The position numbers were made by a program, and so were the translations under genes. The notes beneath the pieces were generated by a model. The model was not told the DNA's origin. It did no database searches and was given only the letters and a program-made list of their open reading frames with translations. Positions 40,824 through 50,604 of a stretch of 64,000 bases of DNA are shown here, in pieces. How positions within the stretch are numbered: the first letter of the stretch is position 1; every line of letters starts with the position of its first letter. Origin of the DNA: Cyanobacteria bacterium M5B4 (GTDB lineage: Bacteria > Cyanobacteriota > Cyanobacteriia > Pseudanabaenales > Pseudanabaenaceae); NCBI GenBank assembly GCA_002861535.1, contig PHFO01000001.1, positions 1,858-65,857 on the forward strand, read 5' to 3'.

Positions 40824-41348
40824 TCAATCGAATAAACCTTCGATCGGTTTAACTTCAATCTTTTTTGCCACTAAATCCACGATCGGCACTAATTCCCTTA
40901 CAAAGGGGACAAGATAGGTTTTAGCTACCGTCTTAATTTCTAGTAAGTCATTGCCTGCCGGTACAACAGCAGTTACTACACCGATCGGTTTACCATTGTC
41001 GTGGTCTAACACTTGACAATCGATCAAATCTGCTACATAAAATTCATCTGCTTGCAAGTGGGGACGATGGTGCGCCGGTACCAAAAACTCAAAATTGCGT
41101 AACTTTTCCGCCTGTTCGCAGTTATTAACTTCCTCTAACTTGACGATATAAACCCCCTGTTTGCCCGTGTGGGCATAGCCCCGCACTAAGCCGATCGGGC
41201 GGGGTTCGCTGCTGGCATTAGCCCTGATCCATCTTTGCCCTGGTTCTAAAAAACGCTCCGGGAAATCCGAATAGGAGAATATGCGGACTTCTCCCTTTAG
41301 CCCCTGAGTTCCCACAATTTTGCCTACTACAACCCAAAGGTCTTCCAT
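40824..41348 (-). CDS. rimM: ribosome maturation factor RimM
   Basis: VVGKIVGTQGLKGEVRIFSYSDFPERF N-terminus, with a PRC barrel C-terminal part. Confidence 0.9.
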   Translation of the reverse strand: MEDLWVVVGKIVGTQGLKGEVRIFSYSDFPERFLEPGQRWIRANASSEPRPIGLVRGYAHTGKQGVYIVKLEEVNNCEQAEKLRNFEFLVPAHHRPHLQADEFYVADLIDCQVLDHDNGKPIGVVTAVVPAGNDLLEIKTVAKTYLVPFVRELVPIVDLVAKKIEVKPIEGLFD

Positions 41349-41418
41349 ATCAATCAGAGTTGCCTATTTCTTTTCCTCAGTTTATCGCAAATTTTGCTGT
41401 AAAGTGTTGTAAAGAAGT

Positions 41419-42516
41419 TTGTCTAACTCCGTGGCAAGTCGGCTCATTCTCAGTAAGCAATCTCAAGAACTAAGACGAGACATCATCGGCGGGGTTATTG
41501 CCTTCATTGCCCTGGGTTGTATTGGGGTCATGGGTTATCACTTGTTGGAGGGATGGGGCTGGCTGGATTCCGCCTATATGACTGTCATTACCCTGTCTAC
41601 GGTAGGGTTCGGCGAGATTTATCCTTTGCACCAAAACGGAAGAGTTTTCACGATCGGTTTAATTTTGTCGGGAATAGTTACAGTAGGTTATATGGTAAAT
41701 CGTGTTTCTGACGCATTGATTCAGGGGTATTTCAAAGAGATTGTGCGTATGCGCCAACAACGAAAGGTATTGGGAAAACTCGATCGTCATTACATTTTGT
41801 GCGGTTTTGGCAGAACGGGCAAGCAGGTAGCCCTGGAATTTGCCGCGGAAGAGATTCCTTTTATTGTGATCGACCAAGATGCAGAGGCGTTAAAAGTAGC
41901 AGAAGAGAATGGTTTTTTTACTTGTTTGGCAGATGCCACCCTCGATGAAACCTTGATTAAGGTGGGCATCGATCGGGCAATTTGTATTGTGGCAAGTCTG
42001 CCCTCTGATGCGGAGAATTTGTACACAATTTTGTCGGCGAAGTCCCTTAATCCCAAAATTCGGGCGGTGGCGCGGGCAAGTACGGAGGAGGCGATGCAAA
42101 AATTACGCAGGGGCGGGGCAGATGAAGTGATTTCTCCCTATATTACGGGGGGAAAACGGATGGCGGCGGCGGCTTTGCGCCCCCAGGTGTTGGATTTTGT
42201 CGATGGTATTGTGTCTGGCACTAACCGATCGTTTTACATCGAGGAGTATGGCATTGATGGGGAGGTCTGTCCTTTTGTGGGGCAGAACCTCATTGAAACG
42301 AAATTCCGATCGAGGACAGGAGCGTTGGTCTTAGCAATTCGCCGCACTGATGGGGATTTAATTGCTGGTCCTAGCGGGGAAACTATCCTTCATGAGGGCG
42401 ATCGGTTGATCTGTATGGGTACAGCGGAGCAACTGCGGCACCTCAATCAATTACTAAGCGGTAAGCACTCTGATTCCCTGCGTCCCCCCCGCCAAGTAAC
42501 GTCGGAGGAATCCTAA
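41419..42516 (+). CDS. potassium channel with RCK (TrkA-N/TrkA-C) domains
   Basis: Selectivity filter TLSTVGFGE; Rossmann ILCGFGRTGKQVA; TTG start. Confidence 0.85.
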   Translation: MSNSVASRLILSKQSQELRRDIIGGVIAFIALGCIGVMGYHLLEGWGWLDSAYMTVITLSTVGFGEIYPLHQNGRVFTIGLILSGIVTVGYMVNRVSDALIQGYFKEIVRMRQQRKVLGKLDRHYILCGFGRTGKQVALEFAAEEIPFIVIDQDAEALKVAEENGFFTCLADATLDETLIKVGIDRAICIVASLPSDAENLYTILSAKSLNPKIRAVARASTEEAMQKLRRGGADEVISPYITGGKRMAAAALRPQVLDFVDGIVSGTNRSFYIEEYGIDGEVCPFVGQNLIETKFRSRTGALVLAIRRTDGDLIAGPSGETILHEGDRLICMGTAEQLRHLNQLLSGKHSDSLRPPRQVTSEES

Positions 42517-43778
42517 TGTTTGCTGGGTTTGACTTTGGTACTTCGGGAGCACGCACGATCGTCATCGATCGGGAAGGTAGGGTTAAATTTGCGGCAAATA
42601 CTAGCTATCAATTACAGGATGAAGGTACTTGGCGCACTGCTCTCTACAGTCTGATTTTACAAATCCCCCTGGAATTGCGCCAGGCGTTGCAAGGGATCGG
42701 GATTGATGGCACCTCTGGTACTTTTGTCGGTTGCGATGGCACTGGTGTAGTTAAAATTGCGCCCCAACTGTACAACGATCCCAGGGGGAAACCTGCCCTG
42801 GAGTTTTTACGGTCAATTTGCCCAGAGCAATCGGTAGTTTTGAGTAGTACCTCTACCCTAGCAAGGCTAATTAGTTTAGCGCATCAGGGAGTATGGGATA
42901 AATCCTGGCACTTGGTGCACCACTGCGACCGCATTGCTTACTTTTTGCACCACTGCCAAGACTACACCGATTGGCATAACGCCCTGAAATTGGGCTATGA
43001 CCCGATCGGCTTGAATTATCCCCCCGCCATCGCCGATTTGGGCTTTAAGCTACCTTCTGTGGTGCCCCCAGGAACACCGATCGCGCCAATTCATTTCCAG
43101 GTAGCCCAGGAGCTGGGCATCAACCCCCTTTGCCAAATCTGTAGCGGCACTACCGACAGCAATAGCGCCTTCCTAGCGGCTGTGGGCTACCACTTCCGCC
43201 AGGGGACTGCTGTCACCTCCCTGGGGTCTACCCTCACTGTCAAAATTTTGGGCGACACACCGATCTTTGATCCCAGTTACGGCATCTACAGCCATCGCTG
43301 GACAATCAACGATCAGACTTTTTGGCTGGCGGGGGGAGCTTCTAACAGTGGCGGCGCTGTCTTGTCCCACTTCTTCACTAATGCCGAGCTTGTCTCCCTG
43401 AGCCAGCAGATCGACCCCGCTGTACCCACATCCTTGGATTACTACCCCCTCCTCCAACCAGGGGAAAGATTTCCCATCTGTGACCCCCATCTGCCCCCCC
43501 GTCTCAGTCCTAGACCCGATCGGGATCATTTATTTTTGCAGGGAATGTTAGAAGGAGTCGCCCGCATCGAACGCCTTGGTTACGATCGATTGCAAGAGCT
43601 GGGCGCACCCCCGATCGGGGTGCTCTACACCGTGGGAGCAGGAGGGCAAAATCCCGTCTGGCAGGCAATTAGGCAACGGCTACTCCAGGTGCCCTTTGCT
43701 CCCCCCGTCCACTCTGAGGCTGCCTATGGCAGTGCCCTCCTTGCCCACCATAATATTCAGGAAGCAGCTCTAGGGTGA
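42516..43778 (+). CDS. FGGY family carbohydrate kinase (xylulokinase/ribulokinase-like)
   Basis: GFDFGTSGARTIVID N-terminal ATPase motif and WLAGGASNSGG phosphate-2 region. Confidence 0.75.
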   Translation: MFAGFDFGTSGARTIVIDREGRVKFAANTSYQLQDEGTWRTALYSLILQIPLELRQALQGIGIDGTSGTFVGCDGTGVVKIAPQLYNDPRGKPALEFLRSICPEQSVVLSSTSTLARLISLAHQGVWDKSWHLVHHCDRIAYFLHHCQDYTDWHNALKLGYDPIGLNYPPAIADLGFKLPSVVPPGTPIAPIHFQVAQELGINPLCQICSGTTDSNSAFLAAVGYHFRQGTAVTSLGSTLTVKILGDTPIFDPSYGIYSHRWTINDQTFWLAGGASNSGGAVLSHFFTNAELVSLSQQIDPAVPTSLDYYPLLQPGERFPICDPHLPPRLSPRPDRDHLFLQGMLEGVARIERLGYDRLQELGAPPIGVLYTVGAGGQNPVWQAIRQRLLQVPFAPPVHSEAAYGSALLAHHNIQEAALG

Positions 43779-43807
43779 GGGTTTCAGAAAAAGCAGCGTA
43801 AGCCCTG
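43779..43807. repeat. solo terminal segment of the MITE-like repeat, reverse orientation
   Basis: GGGTTTCAGAAAAAGCAGCGTAAGCCCTG compared with the reverse complement of the copy-2/3 left end, GGGTTTCCGAAAAAGCAACGCAAGTCCTG. Starts directly after the TGA stop. Confidence 0.6.
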
Positions 43808-43811
43808 TGAA

Positions 43812-44033
43812 TCAGACAGAAATTTCTACTACTTTCAACCGAGAAGTTAAACCCGATCGGATGACAACATCTTGTTTTTTTACACCATACTGTTTGGCAA
43901 GGAGCTTAATTAGGGCATCATTAGCTTTACCATCCACCGGCGGTACTGTTAAAGAGACAACTAGAGAACCATCCTCTGCTGCCACGATCGTTTCTTGTTT
44001 AGCATTTGGTTTTACTTTGACTGTTATTTTCAT
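43812..44033 (-). CDS. DUF167 (YggU) family protein
   Basis: [11 protein letters not shown]...[44 protein letters not shown]. Confidence 0.8.
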   Translation of the reverse strand: MKITVKVKPNAKQETIVAAEDGSLVVSLTVPPVDGKANDALIKLLAKQYGVKKQDVVIRSGLTSRLKVVEISV

Positions 44034-44049
44034 CGGTCTGCACTAATAA

Positions 44050-44496
44050 TTAGACAGACTCTATATCAGGTTGTGCTTCAATCAAGCGCAAATCTCTTTT
44101 CAAAAAACTATGCTCCCCCTCCCTAGTCTGCACGTAGGCGCGAATCATGCCCACCCGCGTAATCGTCAGTTTTTCTAAATAGTAGGGACTGCCGGACTCC
44201 CGCACCTGCACTAAATCCCCCACCTTTAGGGCACGCACAGCACGATAGGGAGGGACAGCGCTGGGTTTACTCTCGGTCACGCCCAAAAATTCCGATCGTA
44301 ACGCTGCAATGCGCCGATCGATGAGCATCTCCAGCCGTTTTTCCACACTGGCAATCCCTTTGGGATCAAGCCAAGACTGCAACGCCTGCAATATGCTAGC
44401 TTCTTCCGACTGCCCTAATTCCTCAGCCCTTTCTTTAAGGATATTGTAAAGTTCGCTAGGTATACTAATCTGGATATGGTGAACCTGGGGTGCCAT
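44050..44496 (-). CDS. hypothetical protein with ribbon-helix-helix-like N-terminus
   Basis: 148-aa ORF. The N-terminal HIQISIPSELYNILKERAEELGQSEEASILQAL resembles a CopG/Arc fold. No family recognised. Confidence 0.45.
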   Translation of the reverse strand: MAPQVHHIQISIPSELYNILKERAEELGQSEEASILQALQSWLDPKGIASVEKRLEMLIDRRIAALRSEFLGVTESKPSAVPPYRAVRALKVGDLVQVRESGSPYYLEKLTITRVGMIRAYVQTREGEHSFLKRDLRLIEAQPDIESV

Positions 44497-44535
44497 AGGA
44501 GTAAAATAATGCTATCTGTAGCTTAGCTTAATTTT

Positions 44536-45048
44536 ATGGCACGTTCTCAACGAAATGATAACTTTGTAGACCAAACTTTTACAGTTATTGCGGACACAAT
44601 TTTGAAACTCCTGCCCGCAAGTAAGAAGGAGAAAGAAGCCTTTGCCTACTACCGCGACGGCATGGCTGCCCAGGGGGATGGAGACTACGCTGAAGCTCTG
44701 GAGAACTACGAAGAAGCCCTCCGCTTGGAAGAGAATGACAACGATCGCAGTTATATTCTCTATAACATGGGTCTGATCTATCAAAGTAATGGAGACTATG
44801 AAAAAGCCTTGGACTTCTATCGTCAGTCCATCGAACTTAATCCCCGTCTGCCTCAAGCGTTGAACAATACAGCGGTAATCTTTCATTTTTTAGGCGATCG
44901 GGAAAATGACCCAGAAAAGACAGAAGAGTATTTTTCCTTGGCGGCAGAATACTGGATTAGGGCAATTCGTCTGGCACCAAACAACTACATTGAAGCCCAG
45001 AACTGGCTTAAAACCACTGGCAGAGCAGAGATTAACGGTTTCTTCTAA
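44536..45048 (+). CDS. ycf3: photosystem I assembly protein Ycf3 (TPR)
   Basis: [27 protein letters not shown]...[34 protein letters not shown] is the canonical Ycf3 sequence. Confidence 0.95.
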   Translation: MARSQRNDNFVDQTFTVIADTILKLLPASKKEKEAFAYYRDGMAAQGDGDYAEALENYEEALRLEENDNDRSYILYNMGLIYQSNGDYEKALDFYRQSIELNPRLPQALNNTAVIFHFLGDRENDPEKTEEYFSLAAEYWIRAIRLAPNNYIEAQNWLKTTGRAEINGFF

Positions 45049-45056
45049 GTAAAAAA

Positions 45057-46632
45057 ATGATCGATCGGCAGTTATTTCAACAAATCGACTTAATGCTGCG
45101 GGCACGGTATCCCCTCATTTACATCGTGTCCCAAGAGGAAGCACCGATCGAAGACCTCCTAGAACAAGTTGCCAGACAAATGACACCGCCCCGATCGGTG
45201 AAATACTGGGATGTAGTGCGGGGTTGGAGCGACAATGGTAATGACAAAGGCAGCATGATTTCCGCTTTGCAGAGGATCAGTCAAACCCACAGCAAAGAAG
45301 GTTTTCTGTTTGTCTTAAAAGATGTCCATCCTTTTTTAGAAAGTCCTGTTAATACGAATAACCTGCCGATCGTGCGGGAGTTACGCAACTTGGCTAGGGA
45401 GTTATGCCGATCGCGGTCTTCTATCATTTTGTTGAGTTATGCTCTGTTATTGCCGCCAGAGTTACAAGAAGAAGTCAGTGTTATTTATTTCCCCTTACCC
45501 CATACAACAGAAATTGATCAATTAGTGCGGCAGATTGTGGCACCGGACAAGTTAAAAATCAAGGGTCTTGCCTGGGAACAACTGATCAAAGCCTGTCAGG
45601 GACTAAGTCGGACTCGCATTCAAAGGGTTCTAGCCCGATCGATTGCCGCTAAACAACAGATCGATGAAACTGACATTGATCAAATTTTGGCAGAAAAACA
45701 ACAGGCGATCAGACAGACACAATTTCTGGAATTTTATAGCGGTAAAGAATCCCTTAAAAATGTAGGCGGTCTGGCAAATCTCAAAAAATGGGTACGTACG
45801 CCGCGATGCGTTTACGGAAGAAGCCCGCACCTACGGCATTCCTAACCCCAAGGGACTATTGTTAGTGGGCATTCAAGGCACGGGTAAATCTTTATCGGCG
45901 AAAACGATCGCCTATGAATGGCGGTTGCCCCTTTTGCGTTTAGATGTTGGTCGTTTATTTGGCAGTTATATCGGTGAAAGTGAAGAACGCGTCAGACAGA
46001 TGATCCAATTGGCAGAAGCAGTTGCTCCCTGTGTCCTCTGGATCGATGAAATTGACAAAGGCTTTGGCAACATCAACTCCGGTAGTGATAGCGATAGCGG
46101 CACCAGTCGCCGTGTGTTTGGTACACTGATTACTTGGATGCAAGAAAAACAAAGTGCTGTCTTTATCGTAGCAACGGCAAACAATGTTACGGCTCTGCCT
46201 GCTGAACTCTTAAGAAAAGGGCGGTTTGATGAAATCTTCTTTTTAAGTTTACCGACAGAAAGTGAAAGACAAGAGATTTTTCGTGTCCATCTGCAACGCC
46301 TCCGTCCTAACCGTCTGCGGGAGTTTGATCTAGCTCTGTTAGCGCAAAAGTCGCCCCAATTTAGCGGTGCCGAAATTGAACAGGTCGTTTTAGATGCTAT
46401 GCACATTGCCTTTGGCAGGGGCACGATCGGGGCAAGGCAAGACTTTACGACGAATGATCTAATTCAAGCGATCGAGGAAACTTCTCCTTTAGCCCGCATT
46501 GCTGCCGATCAGATCACGATGTTAAAGGGTTGGGCAGCCCAGGCAGGCGCACGTCTTGCTTCTAATGACCCTTCTCTGCAAGAGGAATTAAGACGTTATC
46601 AACTAGAACAAATTGGATATTTTAGTTCATAG
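45057..46632 (+). pseudogene. ycf46: Ycf46-like AAA+ ATPase split by a 4-bp tandem duplication (GTACGTAC, 45792-45799)
   Basis: ORF 45057..45845 (N-domain, ...[11 protein letters not shown]) and ORF 45859..46632 (Walker A GIQGTGKS, Walker B VLWIDEIDK). The +1 frame reads [25 protein letters not shown], bridging the two. Confidence 0.8.
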
Positions 46633-46788
46633 GAGGTAAGATTAACTTGTTGTAAAAGGAAACGATCGTGGCAAATTTACAGAAAATTCTTAATATAGCT
46701 TTATTCATTTTCTTGGTTGCTTTTATTGGCTTTGAATTTTGGACTTTGGGCAGCTATTTGATGCGCACTTATCTCTAGTGATAATAAG

Positions 46789-47883
46789 ATGTATAAGAGT
46801 TTTTTGTTGCCGATATTTTTTCGGTTCGACCCGGAACAGACCCATGATATGGCAATGACGATCGCTAAGGGTCTTTGTCATTATCCTGCTATTCTCGATC
46901 GTTTGTCTTCTGTCTTTCACTATGAGCATCCCTATCTAAGACAAAATGTAATGGGGATCGAATTTAGGAATCCCTTGGGTTTAGCCGCTGGTTTCGATAA
47001 AAATGCTGAAGCTATCCCCCTATGGCAGACGCTGGGGTTCGGTTTTGCGGAAGTGGGCACGATCACTCCTCTGCCACAACCAGGCAATCCCCAGCCCCGT
47101 CTCTTTCGTTTGGTGCAAGACCAAGCCATTTTGAATCGTATGGGTTTTAATAATGATGGCGCAGAAACGATCGCTGGTCGCATCTTAAGTCAAAATAATA
47201 ACGATCGTTCTTTTGTCGTTGGTATTAACTTGGGTAAACAGAAAGAAACGCCGATCGATCAAGCCCATGGGGATTACCTCCATAGTTTTCGGTTGTTAAA
47301 AGACAAAGGGGATTATTTTGTCATTAACGTTAGTTCTCCCAATACTCCTAATTTAAGGGATTTGCAGGCTGTCAGTCATCTCGATCGGATTTTATCTTGT
47401 TTGCAGGCAGAAAATGAACAACACAAACCTATCTTAGTCAAAATTGCCCCCGATCTCAAAGATGAAGACATTTTGGCGATCGTTGATCTTTGTCTAAATC
47501 ATTCGGTATCGGGCATCATTGCCACTAATACCACTATTTCCCGTGACCATGTGCAGACGACAGTTTTATCTAACGGCAAAAGACCAGAGGAAGAACCAGG
47601 GGGCATCAGTGGCGCCCCCCTGAAAAACCGATCGAGTCACATCATTCGCTTAATCTGGCGACACAGCCTGGGCAAAATCCCGATCGTGGGGGTAGGGGGG
47701 ATCAGCTCTGCCGCCGATGCCTGGGAAAAATTGACCGCTGGGGCTTCTTTACTCCAGGTTTACACAGGCTTAATTTATCAAGGACCAGGCTTAATAACAG
47801 AAATATTAAGAGGAATTACGGCACGGATGGAGCAGCACAATTTTACTAACTTAAGACAAGTGATTGGTTCTCAATTAGAATAG
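46789..47883 (+). CDS. pyrD: dihydroorotate dehydrogenase (quinone), class 2
   Basis: GFDKNAE, MGFNNDG, NVSSPNTPNLR and GVGGISSAADA motifs. Confidence 0.9.
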   Translation: MYKSFLLPIFFRFDPEQTHDMAMTIAKGLCHYPAILDRLSSVFHYEHPYLRQNVMGIEFRNPLGLAAGFDKNAEAIPLWQTLGFGFAEVGTITPLPQPGNPQPRLFRLVQDQAILNRMGFNNDGAETIAGRILSQNNNDRSFVVGINLGKQKETPIDQAHGDYLHSFRLLKDKGDYFVINVSSPNTPNLRDLQAVSHLDRILSCLQAENEQHKPILVKIAPDLKDEDILAIVDLCLNHSVSGIIATNTTISRDHVQTTVLSNGKRPEEEPGGISGAPLKNRSSHIIRLIWRHSLGKIPIVGVGGISSAADAWEKLTAGASLLQVYTGLIYQGPGLITEILRGITARMEQHNFTNLRQVIGSQLE

Positions 47884-47904
47884 ACCTAGTTTAAGAGCAA
47901 AATT

Positions 47905-48396
47905 ATGACCTGGCGCGGACATACAAACCCTGAAGACCGCATAATCGCTAGTCTCCCCTATCTATTACCTCTAATTGTCAGCATCACCTTTGGTCGCTCT
48001 TTATTTCAACAATTCCCCCAGTTAATATTTTTAATTAACATCATCTCTCCCTTAGCTCCCTTAGCTTTTGGCATTCCTGGGTTGATAGTTTTCTTTATGT
48101 TGTATATGCTGGTAGTCAGAAATAGCCAATTAAAACATTTCCTCCGATTTAACACTATGCAGGCATTATTAGTTGATATGGGGCTTGGTATTATATCTCT
48201 CCTATTTAGTGTACTAGGCTGGGGGGTGAATTCAAGTGGTAGTTCTGGGGTTGAATTTATTTTTTCCACGATCAATTCCACCATATTTTTAGGGACAATT
48301 GCTATTGTGGTATATGCTTGGTATATGATTTTTCAAGGTAAGTATCCCGAAGTACCAATCCTAGCGGAGGCTGCCTACTATCACACCCAGTATTAA
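47905..48396 (+). CDS. Tic20-like membrane protein (paralog 2)
   Basis: RIIASLPYLLPL...LRFNTMQALLVDMGL, 4 TM segments. Confidence 0.6.
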   Translation: MTWRGHTNPEDRIIASLPYLLPLIVSITFGRSLFQQFPQLIFLINIISPLAPLAFGIPGLIVFFMLYMLVVRNSQLKHFLRFNTMQALLVDMGLGIISLLFSVLGWGVNSSGSSGVEFIFSTINSTIFLGTIAIVVYAWYMIFQGKYPEVPILAEAAYYHTQY

Positions 48397-48413
48397 GTTT
48401 AATTTTTAGTACC

Positions 48414-49013
48414 ATGACCAATCCTAATGATGTTAATTTACTAGCCCAATGGATGAGTGGCGATTTTAGTAACCTCGATCAGGCTTCAGAAAATCCGCCT
48501 TTCTTTGCCCATATTCGGGTGGCGATTCGCCCCTTCTATCACGTTTCTTTCCCTTCTAGTGGACAGTGGTTTTACTTAGAACAGGCTTACAATTATGCCC
48601 TGCATCAACCCTATCGTACTGCTGTTTTTCAGCTCTATTGGCATCAGGATCACATTGTTTTAGATAATTACAAACCGATCGATGCTCCCCGCCTAGTAGG
48701 GGCTGCCCGTCAACCTGAAAAGTTAGCTGGTCTTACCTACAATGATGTAGAAAAACAGTTAGGCTGTAGCATCAGAATCGATCGTACCGATCGGGGTACT
48801 TTTGTGGGCAAAATTGAGCCTGGCAAAAAGTGTATAGTCTGGCGAGATGGAAAAGAATCCTACCTGCAAAATGAATTTGAGATTAGTGAAACTCGTTATT
48901 CTAGTCTCGATCGCGGGCTTGATCCCGTTACTGACCAACGGGTGTGGGGTTCTATTGCTGGTCCCTTTGAGTTTGTCAAAATTACAGGTTATCCTATAAA
49001 CAATTCACTATAA
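48414..49013 (+). CDS. cpcT: phycobiliprotein chromophore lyase CpcT/CpeT family
   Basis: LAQWMSGDFSNLDQASENPPFFAHIRV...YLEQAY...RTAVFQL is the CpcT (DUF1001) pattern. Confidence 0.85.
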   Translation: MTNPNDVNLLAQWMSGDFSNLDQASENPPFFAHIRVAIRPFYHVSFPSSGQWFYLEQAYNYALHQPYRTAVFQLYWHQDHIVLDNYKPIDAPRLVGAARQPEKLAGLTYNDVEKQLGCSIRIDRTDRGTFVGKIEPGKKCIVWRDGKESYLQNEFEISETRYSSLDRGLDPVTDQRVWGSIAGPFEFVKITGYPINNSL

Positions 49014-49019
49014 ATTTTT

Positions 49020-49235
49020 ATGAATAGCAGTTATATTAAGGCGCAATTATTGTTAGGACTGGCGATCGTGGCCGCCATTGCCTTTGTCGGTTCAATCTAT
49101 GAGTTATCTTCTGGCGAACCGGATTGGGGCGCAACCATCACCTGGGGCATCCTGGGGCTGAGTTTGCCCGTAGCGATCGTTTGTTTTGTGGTGGCAGTGC
49201 AGTTGGCAAGGGCATCGATGGAGAATAATTCCTAG
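49020..49235 (+). CDS. small two-TM hypothetical protein
   Basis: 71-aa ORF with two hydrophobic segments, tightly packed between cpcT and the next gene. Confidence 0.4.
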   Translation: MNSSYIKAQLLLGLAIVAAIAFVGSIYELSSGEPDWGATITWGILGLSLPVAIVCFVVAVQLARASMENNS

Positions 49236-50385
49236 TGACAGTGTTTGATTGGCTTATCTGTGGTAGCGGGGTGACGGGGGCAGCCCTGGGCTATGAGTTA
49301 CAACGATCGGGCTTTAGGGTAGGGATCATCGATCGGTCTCCCCAGCCCGCCAATGCCACTAGATTTAGTTACGGCGGTGTCCCCTACTGGAGCGGCACTA
49401 CGGAGCTTATGCAGACTCTTTGTCAAGAAGCGATCGGGCGTTATCCTGCTTTAAGTGAAGAACTGGGGGACGATATTGGCTTCCGGGAGATCAAACTGCT
49501 TCTTACCCTATCTCCTGAAGACGATCGGGACGCGGTAGCTCAGAGTTATCACAATTGTGCAACAGTGCCCCAGTGGTGCGATCGACAGACGGCGGTTGAA
49601 CTGGAACCCCTGCTAAATTTAGAAGCGATCAGCGGCGCTTTTGTGCTTGACCATGCCCAGGTCGATCCAGAAAGTCTGGTGCGGGGGTACCTCCAGGCTT
49701 TTAGCCGATCGGGAGGCACGCTGATCTATGAGACAGTTATTGAACTTTTAGAGCAGGGCGTGAGAACAGAGCACCACTCGATCGGGGCAAACGGCGTGAT
49801 CCTGTGTGCGGGGGGGCAGGGACGGAGATTGTTAAAGCGCTCAGGTATTAGCTTTCCCCTCTTTTTTCCCATGCCGAACTGATCGAGACAGCGCCAAGTG
49901 CCATCCAACTGCAAACTTTTGTCATGCCTGCTGCCCTCAAACGACTCCAGTTTGAAACCCAAGGGGTACTACCAGAAAAAGCCTGGCAAGAAGACCAGCC
50001 CGAAATTTTACCCCCCTCCTTTGACATTGGCGGAGCGCCCCTCAGAGATGGCAGAATGCGGTTAGGGCAGATCAGCCGTCTCCATCCCAACCCCGACTTT
50101 GTCCCAGAACCAACGACAGAACAGCAAATCCGCACCGGCATCGGGCAGCTTCTCCCCCCCTTGGCAGACCTACCCGGCGCTTGGCACCATTGTTTGGTAG
50201 CTTTTAGTCCCAATTCTTTGCCCTCGATCGGGCAAATTAACAGCTATTGGTGGATTTTTTCGGGATTTACTAGCCCTATGGTCTACGTGCCGCCCCTGGC
50301 TCGTCGTTTTGCCCAATACCTCCACTCCCGCCAAGACAAAATCATCGAACATTTGACCGCCTGCTGTAAAACAGGCGAGGGCTGA
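49235..50385 (+). CDS. FAD-dependent oxidoreductase (DAO-like), frameshifted at T6 run 49862-49867
   Basis: N-terminal DWLICGSGVTGAALGYEL dinucleotide motif. The -1 frame continues as SHAELIETAPSAIQLQTFVMPAALKR and joins ORF 49924..50385. Confidence 0.7.
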
Positions 50386-50450
50386 GGGGAGTCGAAGCCC
50401 GACATGCAGCCCAGGGAGCAATCTATCCTTAATAACGATCGATTTCTGTT

Positions 50451-50556
50451 CAGGACTTACGTTGCTTCACCCAAAAAGGGAGAGGGTACTTCCCTTCTCC
50501 CCATGTGAGAGAAGGGATTGAGGGATGAGGGGAATTTTTCCTTAGCGTAAGTCCTG
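50451..50556. repeat. MITE-like repeat, copy 5
   Basis: CAGGACTTACGTTGC...GGGAGAGGG...CCCTTCTCCCCATGTGAGAGAAGGGATTGAGGGATGAGGGG...AGCGTAAGTCCTG. Confidence 0.8.
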
Positions 50557-50604
50557 CTGTTGCTAAAATCATCCATAATTAGGGAAGATAATTACTATTT
50601 CATC

